Assembly (NCBI GenBank): GCA_041662885.1
Contig: JBAZRP010000002.1
Span: forward strand, 14,118 to 78,117
DNA length: 64,000 bases
Source: Legionella sp.
Lineage (GTDB): Bacteria > Pseudomonadota > Gammaproteobacteria > Legionellales > Legionellaceae
Direction of reading: 5' to 3'
Shown here: one piece after another, positions 30,693 through 41,300 of the stretch
Layout: each line of letters starts with the position of its first letter
How positions within the stretch are numbered: the first letter of the stretch is position 1
Program-made: the position numbers and the translations under genes
The notes under the pieces: generated by a model
What the model was told of the DNA's origin: nothing
What the model saw: only the letters and a program-made list of their open reading frames with translations
Database searches by the model: none

Positions 30693-31495
30693 TAGCAGGA
30701 AATTTGCTTCTCTATGGTGCTGTTTATGCCCTACTTGGAACTTTTGCCGGAATAATGGCAGGAGTTTTAGGAATTGGTGGCGGAGTGGTAGTGGTACCTG
30801 GTTTATTATTCGTATTTAAGCACAGTGGAATAATTCCGGACGATATCAGTATGCGTGTAGCCACGGCCTGTTCTTTAGCCGTGATGATAATAACCTCTCA
30901 ATCCTCTCTACGCGCTCATCTTAAATACGGACAAGTATTATTTTCTTTATTTAAAAAAATGGTTTTGGGTATTTTTCTAGGGACTATCTTAGGGGCGGCA
31001 GTTGCAACCATTACCCCGACATATTTGTTACAAATACTCTTTGCCTTATTTTTGTTCTTAGTCGCTTTTAAAATGATAACCGATTTACATGTAACCCATC
31101 CTCAAAGACTTCCTTCTGATTGGGTGAATCGCTTGGTAAGTTTTGCGATTGGTTTTAAATCCGGTTTGTTAGGTGTTGGCGGTGGTGTTTTAGTGGTCCC
31201 CTATTTAACGTATTGCGGTGTATCCGTGCGTCAAATAGCAGCAGTTTCGAATTTATGCACCTTAACAGTTGCAGTAGCTGGCAGCTTTGTGTTTATGATA
31301 TCAGGTGCACCGGAAATGGCAGGGATTGCTTATTCAACGGGTTATATTTATTGGCCCGCAGTATTAGGCATCGCTATTCCAAGTAGCTTGGCAGCACCCT
31401 TGGGTGCCAAATTAAATTATAGTGTGCCAGTGAAACAGCTCAAATATTGTTTTATAGTAATTTTGATAATAACAGCAATTAGTTTGTTATTTTAA
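30689..31495 (+). CDS. TauE/SafE-family anion exporter membrane protein
   Basis: 268 aa, polytopic, with a duplicated 'G(I/V)GGGV(V/L)VVP' motif typical of TauE/SafE. Its ATGA start overlaps the ptsP stop. Confidence 0.8.
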   Translation: MIAGNLLLYGAVYALLGTFAGIMAGVLGIGGGVVVVPGLLFVFKHSGIIPDDISMRVATACSLAVMIITSQSSLRAHLKYGQVLFSLFKKMVLGIFLGTILGAAVATITPTYLLQILFALFLFLVAFKMITDLHVTHPQRLPSDWVNRLVSFAIGFKSGLLGVGGGVLVVPYLTYCGVSVRQIAAVSNLCTLTVAVAGSFVFMISGAPEMAGIAYSTGYIYWPAVLGIAIPSSLAAPLGAKLNYSVPVKQLKYCFIVILIITAISLLF

Positions 31496-31509
31496 AGGAT
31501 TGTTTAAAA

Positions 31510-32292
31510 ATGTTTACATACCCAAATATAAATCCGGTAGCTTTTAGCTTGGGCCCATTACAAGTGCATTGGTATGGTTTGATGTATTTAATTGGCTTTA
31601 TGGCGGCCTGGCTTTTAGGTTGCTGGCGCGCAAAGCATTATAAGCTTGATTGGACTACCGACCAAATCAGTGATCTTATTTTTTACGGCGCACTAGGTAC
31701 GATTCTTGGTGGTCGTATTGGTTACATGTTGTTTTATAATTTTCAGGATTTGATGCACCATCCCTTAGATTTGTTTAAAATTTGGGAAGGAGGAATGTCT
31801 TTTCACGGTGGTTTGCTGGGTGTTATTGTCGCTTTGCTTTTATTCAAACGCAAAGTGCATAAATCATTTTGGGAAATTGGTGATTTCCTAGCACCTTTAG
31901 TGCCTTTAGGTTTAGGCGCTGGTCGATTGGGTAATTTTATTAATGGTGAATTATGGGGACGAGTGACTGATGTGCCTTGGGCTATGGTATTTCCTCAGGT
32001 CGATACCAGTCCACGTCATCCTTCGCAATTATATGAATTTGGTTTGGAAGGGATTGTTTTATTTATTGTAGTTTGGTGGTATGCCGCAAAGCCCAGACCA
32101 ACTGGTTGTGTGTGTGGAGTGTTTTTGATAACGTACGCCTTATGCCGTTTACTGGCCGAGTGTTTTCGTGAGCCTGATATGCAAATGGGTTATTTAGCTT
32201 TTGGTTGGTTGACTATGGGGCAGTTATTATCGTTGCCTATGTTATTAATTGGATTATATTTATGGTGGACTAGAAGATGCAAACCTATTTGA
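31510..32292 (+). CDS. lgt: Prolipoprotein diacylglyceryl transferase
   Basis: 260 aa. '[11 protein letters not shown]' and 'GGRIGY…FHGGLLG…[14 protein letters not shown]' are Lgt signatures. Confidence 0.96.
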   Translation: MFTYPNINPVAFSLGPLQVHWYGLMYLIGFMAAWLLGCWRAKHYKLDWTTDQISDLIFYGALGTILGGRIGYMLFYNFQDLMHHPLDLFKIWEGGMSFHGGLLGVIVALLLFKRKVHKSFWEIGDFLAPLVPLGLGAGRLGNFINGELWGRVTDVPWAMVFPQVDTSPRHPSQLYEFGLEGIVLFIVVWWYAAKPRPTGCVCGVFLITYALCRLLAECFREPDMQMGYLAFGWLTMGQLLSLPMLLIGLYLWWTRRCKPI

Positions 32293-33071
32293 ATTTATTA
32301 GAACACATACTGCAACAGGGTGCAAAAAAAACTGATAGAACAGGCACAGGAACTTTATCAGTCTTTGGTTATCAAATGCGTTTTGATTTAAGCAAAGGTT
32401 TTCCTTTAGTTACTACCAAAAAATTACACACACGCAGTATTATTCATGAATTATTGTGGTTTTTACAAGGCGACACCAATATTGCTTATTTAAATGAAAA
32501 TGGCGTGCGTATTTGGAATGAATGGGCCGATAAAAACGGTAATTTAGGCCCCGTATACGGCAAGCAATGGCGTAATTGGCCCACCGCAGACGGTCGCATT
32601 GTCGATCAAATTAGCGAATTGGTGTATCAAATTAAAACCAACCCTGATTCCAGACGTTTAATTGTTAGTGCTTGGAATGTAGGTGAGTTAGATCAAATGG
32701 CCTTAATGCCTTGTCATGCGCTATTCCAAATGTACGTAGCTAATAATAAGCTGTCCTGCCAATTATATCAGCGCTCAGCTGATGTCTTTTTAGGCGTACC
32801 TTTTAATATTGCCTCTTATTCTTTATTGACCCACATGATAGCGCAACAATGCAATTTAGAAGTAGGTGACTTTATATGGACCGGTGGTGATTGTCATTTA
32901 TACCTCAATCATTTAGAACAAGCCAAAACGCAATTAGAAAGAACCCCTCTACCTTTGCCAAGCTTAAAAATCAAACGCAAACCCGAGTCGATTTTTGACT
33001 ATGTTTACGATGATTTTGAATTTTTGGAATATCAATCCCATCCGGCGATTAAGGCTTCAATAGCGGTATAG
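32277..33071 (+). CDS. thyA: Thymidylate synthase (ThyA type)
   Basis: 264 aa with 'DRTGTGT', 'LPPCH'-equivalent 'LMPCHALFQ' and '[12 protein letters not shown]'. lgt-thyA synteny is conserved. Confidence 0.97.
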   Translation: MQTYLNLLEHILQQGAKKTDRTGTGTLSVFGYQMRFDLSKGFPLVTTKKLHTRSIIHELLWFLQGDTNIAYLNENGVRIWNEWADKNGNLGPVYGKQWRNWPTADGRIVDQISELVYQIKTNPDSRRLIVSAWNVGELDQMALMPCHALFQMYVANNKLSCQLYQRSADVFLGVPFNIASYSLLTHMIAQQCNLEVGDFIWTGGDCHLYLNHLEQAKTQLERTPLPLPSLKIKRKPESIFDYVYDDFEFLEYQSHPAIKASIAV

Positions 33072-33096
33072 ACGATTCCGATTCAATCTCATCCAA

Positions 33097-33167
33097 ACGT
33101 AGGTTGGGCCGCGGCCCAACAAATGATGTATAATGGCACAACTGTTGAGCCTTGGCCCAACCTACGT
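33097..33167. repeat. Composite 'gtaggttgggc' REP element (two inverted copies) with an embedded extended -10-like box
   Basis: Left arm 'acgtaggttgggc' (33097-33109) is the reverse complement of right arm 'gcccaacctacgt' (33155-33167). Internal palindromes are 'gttgggccgcggcccaac' and 'ttgagccttggcccaac'. 'TGTATAAT' lies at 33127-33134. Confidence 0.75.
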
Positions 33168-33209
33168 TCGAAATTACACCTTATAAATTAACCTTGAGAA
33201 AAAACAAAA

Positions 33210-33773
33210 ATGCATCATAATAAAAGCAGGATAGTATTTCTAATAGGATTATTACTAATGACCGCAACCAGCCTTCAAGCAAAAACCGCCTATGACTTTA
33301 GTTTTCGTGTCTTACATAGTGATAAACCACTGCCGCTTGCCGAATATAAGGGCAAAGTCATCCTTGTGGTTAATACCGCATCAAAATGTGGCTTTACTCC
33401 GCAATTTGCGGGTTTGGAAAAATTATATAAAGAATATAAAGATCAAGGTTTGGTAATTATTGGTGTTCCAAGCAATGATTTTGGTCAGCAAGAGCCTGGC
33501 GATAGTAAAGAAATTGCCAGTTTCTGCCAAATAAACTATGGCGTTAGTTTTCCTATGACGGATAAAGAGGTAGTCGCAGGCAAAGATGCGCATCCATTTT
33601 ACGTCTGGGCTCGCAAAGAATTAGGCTTTGGCAGTGCGCCTAAATGGAATTTTCATAAATATTTGATTGGTCGTGACGGTCATTTAATAACTTATTTTTA
33701 TTCAATCACAGCGCCTGATGCCCCACGCTTGGTTAATGCAGTGAAACAAGCTTTGGATGAAAAAAATGAATAG
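33210..33773 (+). CDS. Glutathione peroxidase (Cys type, exported)
   Basis: 187 aa with a signal peptide. 'VNTASKCGFTPQ' (catalytic Cys) and 'PSNDFGQQEPG' are the GPx signatures. Confidence 0.93.
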   Translation: MHHNKSRIVFLIGLLLMTATSLQAKTAYDFSFRVLHSDKPLPLAEYKGKVILVVNTASKCGFTPQFAGLEKLYKEYKDQGLVIIGVPSNDFGQQEPGDSKEIASFCQINYGVSFPMTDKEVVAGKDAHPFYVWARKELGFGSAPKWNFHKYLIGRDGHLITYFYSITAPDAPRLVNAVKQALDEKNE

Positions 33774-33969
33774 AGAGAATCAAGTTCTAGCCATATATCG
33801 CAGCTCTTTAAGCAAGGACGAAAAAATTCGTCAATTGCAGGATATTATTTTGGATTTGAATAATGAATTAGCAGCGGTAGACCAAAATATGCATCCAGAT
33901 GTTTACGATAAAATGGCTGAAGGCTTACGATTAGCAACTAATTTTTTGAGGGAACTGACTGGTTCTTGA
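33757..33969 (+). CDS. Small hypothetical protein (70 aa, helical)
   Basis: This ORF overlaps the gpx 3' end by 17 nt. No family recognised and its coding status is uncertain. Confidence 0.4.
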   Translation: MKKMNRENQVLAIYRSSLSKDEKIRQLQDIILDLNNELAAVDQNMHPDVYDKMAEGLRLATNFLRELTGS

Positions 33970-33999
33970 TAATGTATGTTGCGCCCAGGTTAAAAACCT

Positions 34000-34041
34000 G
34001 TCATTGCTGTGCTACGTGCGCAATGACTTGCACGTAGCACA
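34000..34041. repeat. REP-like element with two interleaved, mutually exclusive stems
   Basis: A 'gtcattgc' (34000-07), B 'tgtgctacgtgc' (34008-19), A' 'gcaatgac' (34020-27), B' 'gcacgtagcaca' (34030-41). It lies between convergent genes. Confidence 0.6.
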
Positions 34042-34049
34042 TTCTAAAT

Positions 34050-34187
34050 TTATCGTGAAGCTTGTTGTATATCTCTACCTGCCTTAGACACATCTTGACC
34101 AAAACCATGAACAGTTCCACAGGCAGTTAATAATACTAGGGTTGACACAGCAAATGCAGCCATAATTATTCTTTTTGTTGTGCTCAT
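34050..34187 (-). CDS. Entericidin A/B-family small lipoprotein (45 aa)
   Basis: Absent from the ORF track (shorter than 60 aa). The minus strand reads 'AGGAGatataaagtcATG' and then MSTTKRIIMAAFAVSTLVLLTACGTVHGFGQDVSKAGRDIQQASR*. The lipobox 'LLTAC' and the 'G.G.D….AG…..' tail are typical of entericidins. Confidence 0.7.
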   Translation of the reverse strand: MSTTKRIIMAAFAVSTLVLLTACGTVHGFGQDVSKAGRDIQQASR

Positions 34188-34257
34188 GACTTTATATCTC
34201 CTAAATTGAATTTTAAAATGGCCATAATAGTATAGTCTAAATATAAAAGTCCAGTTC

Positions 34258-35001
34258 TTAAGGCATCAAACGTTCTTCTTCAAAAAACTGTACTTCGCCA
34301 GTTTTTATATCATGCATGCCAGCTACTAGACCTACTTTTTTACTTTCGATTAATTCTTTGATTATAGGACTTTGATCGCTAATTGCGCGAGCAACTAATA
34401 AGGCATTTTGCTTGGCAATGGCATTAACCAACTCTGGTTTACTGCATTGTTTCGTATCTGTATCCTTCATTGCAGGCTCTACAGCAGGTTTCATCTTATC
34501 TAACAGACCAGTTAGATGACCCAGTTTCACATCATCACAAGCTCCAGCTGCAGCACCGCATGAAGTATGGGCTAAAACAACGATAAGCGGGGTGCCAACT
34601 ACTTTAGTTGCAAATTCCATGCTGCCCAAAATATCATCGTTTAATACATTGCCTGCAACTCTTAAGGTAAATAAATCAGCTAAGCCTTGATCAAAAAATA
34701 ATTCGGGAACACTGCGTGAATCCATGCAATTAAGTACTACTGCAAAAGGAAATTGACCATAGGAGGCAATTTTTGCTTGTTTGCGATAGTCCCTGGCAAT
34801 CATAGTATTCGTTAAAAAACGTTTGTTACCTTCTTTTAAACGCAACAAAGCTTGCTTGGGCGTCATGTTTTGTTGTTTTTCTTGCGTCATAGTTCTACCA
34901 GTACTAGGTTGAACTTTGTCTGTGCTTGATTGAGCAAGTACATCAGCTCCCCAAACACAGGATAAAGATAGAATTAAGGCTTTTATAGTATTTATTTTCA
35001 C
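34258..35001 (-). CDS. Beta-class carbonic anhydrase, exported
   Basis: 247 aa with a signal peptide and Zn ligand motifs 'NCMDSR' and 'HTSCGA'. Confidence 0.9.
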   Translation of the reverse strand: MKINTIKALILSLSCVWGADVLAQSSTDKVQPSTGRTMTQEKQQNMTPKQALLRLKEGNKRFLTNTMIARDYRKQAKIASYGQFPFAVVLNCMDSRSVPELFFDQGLADLFTLRVAGNVLNDDILGSMEFATKVVGTPLIVVLAHTSCGAAAGACDDVKLGHLTGLLDKMKPAVEPAMKDTDTKQCSKPELVNAIAKQNALLVARAISDQSPIIKELIESKKVGLVAGMHDIKTGEVQFFEEERLMP

Positions 35002-35025
35002 AAACGACCTCCTGTCTCATTGAGT

Positions 35026-35952
35026 TTAATTTACTAAGTTCATACTATCATCAGATTCATATTCTTGCACTTTGTTTGCTGTATCTGGTATTCGTCTGAA
35101 GGTGCCAAGCGTATTTAATAAAGAATTGGTGCTTAAATTATAGCGGGATGCGTAGTTTTTAATCAAATAGCCGTACGTTTCATCATCAGTTAAATTAAAT
35201 AATTGTTCATTAATTTTAAGGTATTGTTTGTGTACCTCTAGAAGCTTTTTATTGCCGCACTTATTATCAATTAGCGCAAATGCTTCTCGATTATAATCAG
35301 CAGCGCTTTTAAGGAAACCGATAAGATAATAAGTATCAAGCTTGCAATCTTTATCATTTACAATGCTTATACAGGCTTTACTTAATCCCAGATTAATATC
35401 TGCTTCAAAATCATCGAATAAGTTACTATCTCTTTGTTTATCATTTAACTTATTTAATTGATTAGCGTATTCACGTGCTTTTTGTAAATGAGTGAGCGCA
35501 TTCTCAAGCACTTCATGTTGTTCTGTTGCTTCTTCTTTTCGAATTCTAGAAAGATAATCAGCCCGATTCCAATATAAAGTCGTCATATGATCTAAATAGA
35601 CCACCTGACTTAATTTTAATCGGGTAGAAATTAAGTCTTTTTCTTCTCCAGTTAAAGTGTGCGTATAAATCGTTTTTGCTTCGGAGAAATTAGATTTAAA
35701 TTCACGCTCCATTATTTTCACGGATTCGGAAATAGGATTCTGTGGATTAATTGTACCTATGCGTACCGAATAAGTAATAGCTATCTCTAATAATACGTAG
35801 GCAAGAGGATAATAAATGGTTGTCGATCGATTATTTATGTTGCGACGAAGTGTGTCTAAGGCCGCATTATAATATTCAAGTGCTTTTACATAATCGCCAC
35901 GGTCATACCAATAATCCCCTTTTCGGTGATTGTCTGTTCCAAAGTAGTACAT
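35026..35952 (-). CDS. Hypothetical protein with TPR-like helical repeats (orphan; effector-like)
   Basis: 308 aa. The N-terminal 'GDYWYDRGDYVKALEYYNAALDTL' is TPR-like and the rest is helical. C-terminus is 'VQEYESDDSMNLVN'. Confidence 0.65.
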   Translation of the reverse strand: MYYFGTDNHRKGDYWYDRGDYVKALEYYNAALDTLRRNINNRSTTIYYPLAYVLLEIAITYSVRIGTINPQNPISESVKIMEREFKSNFSEAKTIYTHTLTGEEKDLISTRLKLSQVVYLDHMTTLYWNRADYLSRIRKEEATEQHEVLENALTHLQKAREYANQLNKLNDKQRDSNLFDDFEADINLGLSKACISIVNDKDCKLDTYYLIGFLKSAADYNREAFALIDNKCGNKKLLEVHKQYLKINEQLFNLTDDETYGYLIKNYASRYNLSTNSLLNTLGTFRRIPDTANKVQEYESDDSMNLVN

Positions 35953-36061
35953 GTTGTCTCTCTATGTCTTGTTTGATTTAAATTTGTTGTATGGTAATTA
36001 AAAAAAGATAGTTGGTCAAATTTATCGTCATTTGTTTGAAATATTCAACTATTTAAGAGCC

Positions 36062-36091
36062 TTGACCTTTATCTAAAAACCTAGCTATTAT
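36062..36091 (+). promoter_or_regulatory. Candidate sigma70 promoter for the 36123-43115(-44214) cluster
   Basis: TTGACC (36062-67), an 18-nt spacer, then TATTAT (36086-91), about 32 nt upstream of the ATG at 36123. Pattern match only. Confidence 0.35.
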
Positions 36092-36122
36092 CAAATTTCA
36101 CTTTAATTAAATAGAAGTTTTT

Positions 36123-37187
36123 ATGACCGCGAGTGCCTTAATTCTGACTGATGGTTTACTTGCCGAGATAGCCTGTAAAACGGCTCATGGTTTAATTTTT
36201 GGAAGTAGTCGTTATGCTATTGTTGGTTTAATAGACAGTAAGTATGCGGGCATGGATCCAGGCATGGTTTTTTCTAATCAAAAAACGAATATTGTTATTT
36301 TTGCATCCATTCAAGAGGCCTTAGAACAAATTCCTCAGAAACCTGATTACTGTGTCATTGGTGTTGCGCCTATGGGTGGTAAATTATCAGGCAGCTTAGA
36401 GGCTACTATTCAAGAAGCGATTAAAGCAGGAATTAATATTGTAAGTGGATTACATAATTTGCTATGCGACAACCCAGTTCTTGTAGCTTTAGCAAAAAAA
36501 CATGGTGTGGAGTTAATTGATATTCGTAAACCTAAGCCTTATAAAGAATTATCTACTTGGACGGGTGCAATTAGTTCCATTACGACACCACGAATAGCTG
36601 TGATTGGAACCGATTGCTCGGTCGGCAAACGCACTACTTCTGGTTTATTATTAGATTTGTGCCGCAGCCATAATATTCGAGCAGAAATGATCTATACCGG
36701 ACAAACGGGTTGGTTGCAAAATATGAATTATGGTTTTATTTTAGATGCTACTTTGAATGATTTTGTAGCTGGCGAATTTGAAAAGGCTATTTTAAAGTGT
36801 GATGAAGAAGCAAAACCCGACTTAATGATTTTAGAGGGTCAGTCCGGACTTAGAAATCCAGCAGGTCCTTGCGGTGCGGAATATTTGTGCTCAGCTGGAG
36901 CGCGTTATGTAATTTTACAACACGCGCCCAGCAGAACACATTATCTTTTTGATTCCTCCAAGCAGCATAAAATTCCTGACGTACGCGATGAAATTGCCTT
37001 GATTGCTTATTATGGAGCTAAAGTAATAGCCATTACCCTAAATGCTTCTGGTTTGAGTCAAGAAGCGGCACATGCAATCAAAATACAGTTACAGGAGCAA
37101 ACACATCTTCCAGTACTTTATCCTAAAGAAGAAGGACTTGAGGCCTTATTACCTGTAGTAACAGAGATTCTTAATGAACATAGTTGA
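36123..37187 (+). CDS. DUF1611-family protein (DgcN-like; putative D-glutamate N-acetyltransferase family)
   Basis: 354 aa with the P-loop-like 'VIGTDCSVGKRTTS' and 'ILEGQSGL' motifs characteristic of DUF1611. It is paired with an enolase-superfamily epimerase, as is typical for this family. Confidence 0.8.
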   Translation: MTASALILTDGLLAEIACKTAHGLIFGSSRYAIVGLIDSKYAGMDPGMVFSNQKTNIVIFASIQEALEQIPQKPDYCVIGVAPMGGKLSGSLEATIQEAIKAGINIVSGLHNLLCDNPVLVALAKKHGVELIDIRKPKPYKELSTWTGAISSITTPRIAVIGTDCSVGKRTTSGLLLDLCRSHNIRAEMIYTGQTGWLQNMNYGFILDATLNDFVAGEFEKAILKCDEEAKPDLMILEGQSGLRNPAGPCGAEYLCSAGARYVILQHAPSRTHYLFDSSKQHKIPDVRDEIALIAYYGAKVIAITLNASGLSQEAAHAIKIQLQEQTHLPVLYPKEEGLEALLPVVTEILNEHS

Positions 37188-38235
37188 TATAGAAGTAACA
37201 CGCCAACCCTTAAGTTTGCTTAAACCCTATAGAATAGCCAACAAAACTTTTGATAGCGTTACAAACTGTATAGTACGCATAAAATTGGCTAACAATATTG
37301 TGGGTATAGGCGCTGGCGCACCAATTGACTATGTGACTGGTGAAACTTTAGATTCCTGTATGCATGCTTTGGCTCCTGAGCATTTAACCTGGTTGCAAGG
37401 CCAGTCAATCGATACCCTTCCGGCTCTTACCAGACAAATACATGCTCGATTGAAACATAGTCCAGCAGCTGCTGCTGCCTTAGACATTGCCTTATACGAT
37501 GCCTACGGAAAATTATGCAAGCTGCCAATAGTAGACATTTTAGGGCGTGTGCATCATGCCTTGCCAACGTCAATTACTATTGGTATTCAAGAAACGCAGG
37601 CGGCAGTTCTTGAGGCAAAAGATTATGTGGCACGTGGTTTTAAAAACCTTAAAATTAAATTAGGCGAGGATGTGCAGCGGGATATTGAGACAGTTCGCGT
37701 TATTCGCGAACACTTTCCCAAAGAGATTAAAATTCGCGTGGATATGAACGAAGGTTATAGTTTGGAAGACTTGCAAAGTTTTATACACCATACCAATGGA
37801 TTTGATATTGAATTAATTGAACAACCATTTTCTAGAGAAAATTTTCATCTTCTGACTCAATTTCCCAAAGAAGTCCAAAAAAAGATTGCCGCTGATGAAA
37901 GTATGATTTCAATAGCGGATGCGTTCCATCTTGTTTCAGAACAACAGCTGTGTGGAATTTTTAATATTAAATTGATGAAATGCGGTGGTATTACCCCTGC
38001 TTTACAAATTGCACGTCTGGCAAATTTGGGCGGTATTGATTTGATGTGGGGGTGCATGGATGAAAGCATTATCAGTATTACGGCGGCCTTACATGCAGCA
38101 TTTGCTTCCGCTAAAACCAAATACTTAGATTTAGATGGTAGTTTTGATCTTGCCCAAGATATAGTGAGTGGCGGATTTATTCTGGAGAACGGTTGTTTGC
38201 GACCCACAAATTTGCCCGGACTGGGTGTTGCCTAA
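37174..38235 (+). CDS. Enolase-superfamily dipeptide / N-acyl-amino-acid epimerase (L-Ala-D/L-Glu epimerase or DgcA-like racemase)
   Basis: 353 aa with KxK 'NLKIKLG', metal ligands 'RVDMNEGY', 'IEQP' and 'AADES', and a second catalytic Lys in 'NIKLMKCGG'. It overlaps the upstream gene by 14 nt. Confidence 0.85.
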   Translation: MNIVDIEVTRQPLSLLKPYRIANKTFDSVTNCIVRIKLANNIVGIGAGAPIDYVTGETLDSCMHALAPEHLTWLQGQSIDTLPALTRQIHARLKHSPAAAAALDIALYDAYGKLCKLPIVDILGRVHHALPTSITIGIQETQAAVLEAKDYVARGFKNLKIKLGEDVQRDIETVRVIREHFPKEIKIRVDMNEGYSLEDLQSFIHHTNGFDIELIEQPFSRENFHLLTQFPKEVQKKIAADESMISIADAFHLVSEQQLCGIFNIKLMKCGGITPALQIARLANLGGIDLMWGCMDESIISITAALHAAFASAKTKYLDLDGSFDLAQDIVSGGFILENGCLRPTNLPGLGVA

Positions 38236-38300
38236 GAAGATTTGCTCTTAAAGATATTAACCTGATTCTTAATTGACCCTACAGTTTTTTTTATGGTAGG

Positions 38301-41300
38301 ATGCAAATTTTTACACAAGAGAAACTTAAAATGCCCAATATTCTTTTTTCCTCGATTAACTCTACTACTTATGATTTTGCAGTTAATTTTGATCGTGTGG
38401 TACAGGCTATGAAATTAGCTCAAGAAAAAGCACAAGAAGAGGAAATCAGATTACATGTGTTCTCTGCCTTTCCGCTCACGGGTCCCACAGCGCAAGCTTA
38501 TAATGCCTTTTTAAATACCCCACAAGATGAAAAAGAAATTATTGACTTGATCAAAAAGATTGCAGAAGAGGGCTCTGTTAAAGATTCCAACCTGACTACT
38601 ATGATTTCATTTCCTTGGTATCATCGTGATCCAACTGTATCTGTTGACCATCCTTTTTATTATGATGTTACCAACAAAATGAATAACCGCCCTTTTTACG
38701 CCACAGCCGTTATTCACAAAGGTAAGATTACGGGTATTAATTTGGAATCGAACTTAGGCTATGCTGAAGGTGGCCCATATGATGCTCGTTATTTTGCCAA
38801 ATGGCCATTAAATACAACTGAAATGCTTAGGTTAGGTGAAGATGAGATTTTAGTAGGGACCTTGGATGTAAATCCTGGACTGGTAAATTGCCCCGGTTTT
38901 TACCATCAAGAAGATATTCAAGCTTTAAGCCAAACAACTGAATATAAAGACAGCATCTTGATTATTGGTAATCCTTTAGGATCTGATTCTGGAGATAAAA
39001 TTGGTTCCGGGGAAGTTTTTGTTTACAAAAACGGTGTGAAAATATACGTCACTCCCAGCGAATATGCATATTCATTTGCGCCGTCTACAACTCAAGTAGT
39101 TGAATTGAGCACAGCACACTATTCTAATTATACTCCAAACCGCGCAACTGATCTTATTAAAGCATCTTCTTTATGGATGCGCGATTACGTGCTAAAAACC
39201 AAGCAGCAAGGTTTTGTGATATCTATGTCTGATAGCATTAATTCAGTTTATACCTTGATGATTGCTAATAAGGCTATTGATTCAAGCATTGCTGCTTGTA
39301 ATGGTTTAGAAGGATTTTTTGAAGCTAAAAACTTTGGTCATTTAGCATGTAAAAAAGAGGTGTTGCTGTGCCTGAAAACAAAGGGTACAAAAGAGGCTAT
39401 TAAGTTACTAAAAGGAAAAATGTTGACTTGTGTCTATATGCCTTATTCAGCTAAAGAGTCAAAGCTAGAACAAGCTCAGATACAAAACTTAGTTGATGCG
39501 GTCGGCGGAACCTTGCAAATTTCAGAAATAGGTAAAGTTTTGACCTCTAATTTTGAGGCTTTGAAAAGCGGTATCGCAACTTCGGATAATCAAAAAGCGC
39601 TGTATCTATTAGAGAATAATGAAGATGTAGTGCAAGCAGCTTTAGAGCGTGCGCAGACTACTGAAGCAGGTATCGTTGGTAATATGGATAATAAGATCTG
39701 TGTTTCTAATACCAGCGCTAACTCAGTTGCTTATGGACGTTTGCATGCAGGTGGTGCCGGTCAAGAAGGGCCTATTTCAGTTACCTTATCCTTGTTTCAA
39801 ACGCAAATTATAGAAAATTTGCAGCAACTCGCATTAGAAGCACCAACCAACGTTGCAGAAACAATCAATGCGTTAATTAACCATAAATTAGAAAAATACC
39901 AAGTAAAAGATTTTCAAAAAGAAGAATTAATTATTCAGCAGATGATTATTAATAAGTCTTCACCTGCAGAAACTTTTGAGCATCTAAAGGCAAAGCATTT
40001 GCAATTATGGGGCGATGCAAATGAATTACTGCAACAAGTTGATGAGGCATGCCGTCTTTGGTCTATTGCACAACCCAGCCGTGTAGCTTTATCCATTGCT
40101 CCGAATTTTGGTTCTTACGGTGCAAGTTTGGACAGATACCGCTCGGTTCGAAACACGCGTGATAATGAATATTTCAATAATGGCCGTGTGGAATTAAGAT
40201 TGCAGTTTCTAGGTAATACAGATGCGGAATTAGCAATGTTAGTGAACTCTAATCCTACATTGAGAGCTTATGTTCTGAATACAGATTTTGCGAATTTGAA
40301 TCTTATTTATATCCAAGAACAGAGTAAGCCTACCCAAGTGCACGTTCGTGAAGTTCAGGAAAAAGCACAGGATGAAAGTAAAAAAACCTTTGCCTTTAAT
40401 GTGAGTGTGGCAAGTTTGCATCAAACCATGTTTGATTATGCAAGAAATACTTCCAATATCAGGCAGGCAATTCAAGAGGCAGAAACTCAGGGACAGGATT
40501 TATTACTACTTCCAGAACTAAGTTTAACCGGTTATTTTGGTGATGGTGACTTTGATTGGATTAAAAACAAAGTAGAGGGCGATAAAATAATGCAACAAGC
40601 ATTAAATATTGCCAAATTTGCCGCTGGTTCTCAGCTAATTATTTCTATGGGGCTGCCGGTATTTATTGAAGGATACAACAAGCCATTTGTGGGTCAGGCT
40701 TTAATGCATCAAGGAAAAATAATCTCTATTTCTTTGAAAACCATGCAACCCGACGGTGAGGCTGAATATGAGGCGATGCATTTCACAGCCTATGATGTGA
40801 AGACTATGGGTCAGGTCATGAAAATTCAAATTCCAGGCCAAGATGAACCAGTCCCAGTGGGTAAGCCAGTAGTAGTTGTTAAAGACAAACACGGCAATGC
40901 AGTGCCAATTTATCAAGAACAATGCGCTGAAGCGTGGCCAGGTGTTAACAACGATGATTCAGTAAATAAAAACATACAAAAAGAACAACGTTACTTAAAT
41001 AAAATAGCTAAAAATCATCCTGGACTATTAGTTTTAAATCCAAGTGGCAGTAAAAATGAAGTGGTTTTCCCAAAGACGAAGATTCGTCAAAGTCTTGCGC
41101 GTTTAGCTTTGGAACAAAATTCTAATATTGCTGGATATGTTTATGCCAACGTTGCTGGTGATGATAATGGTACTGTCGGCGCTGATTCGGATGTATTTAT
41201 TGCAGGTAGAAATGAAGATGGTACATTGAATTTCCATCATGGCATGCGCCATTCTTTAGCCGAACATACTAGCACTTCTATGGTACTGTCTATTCCAAAA

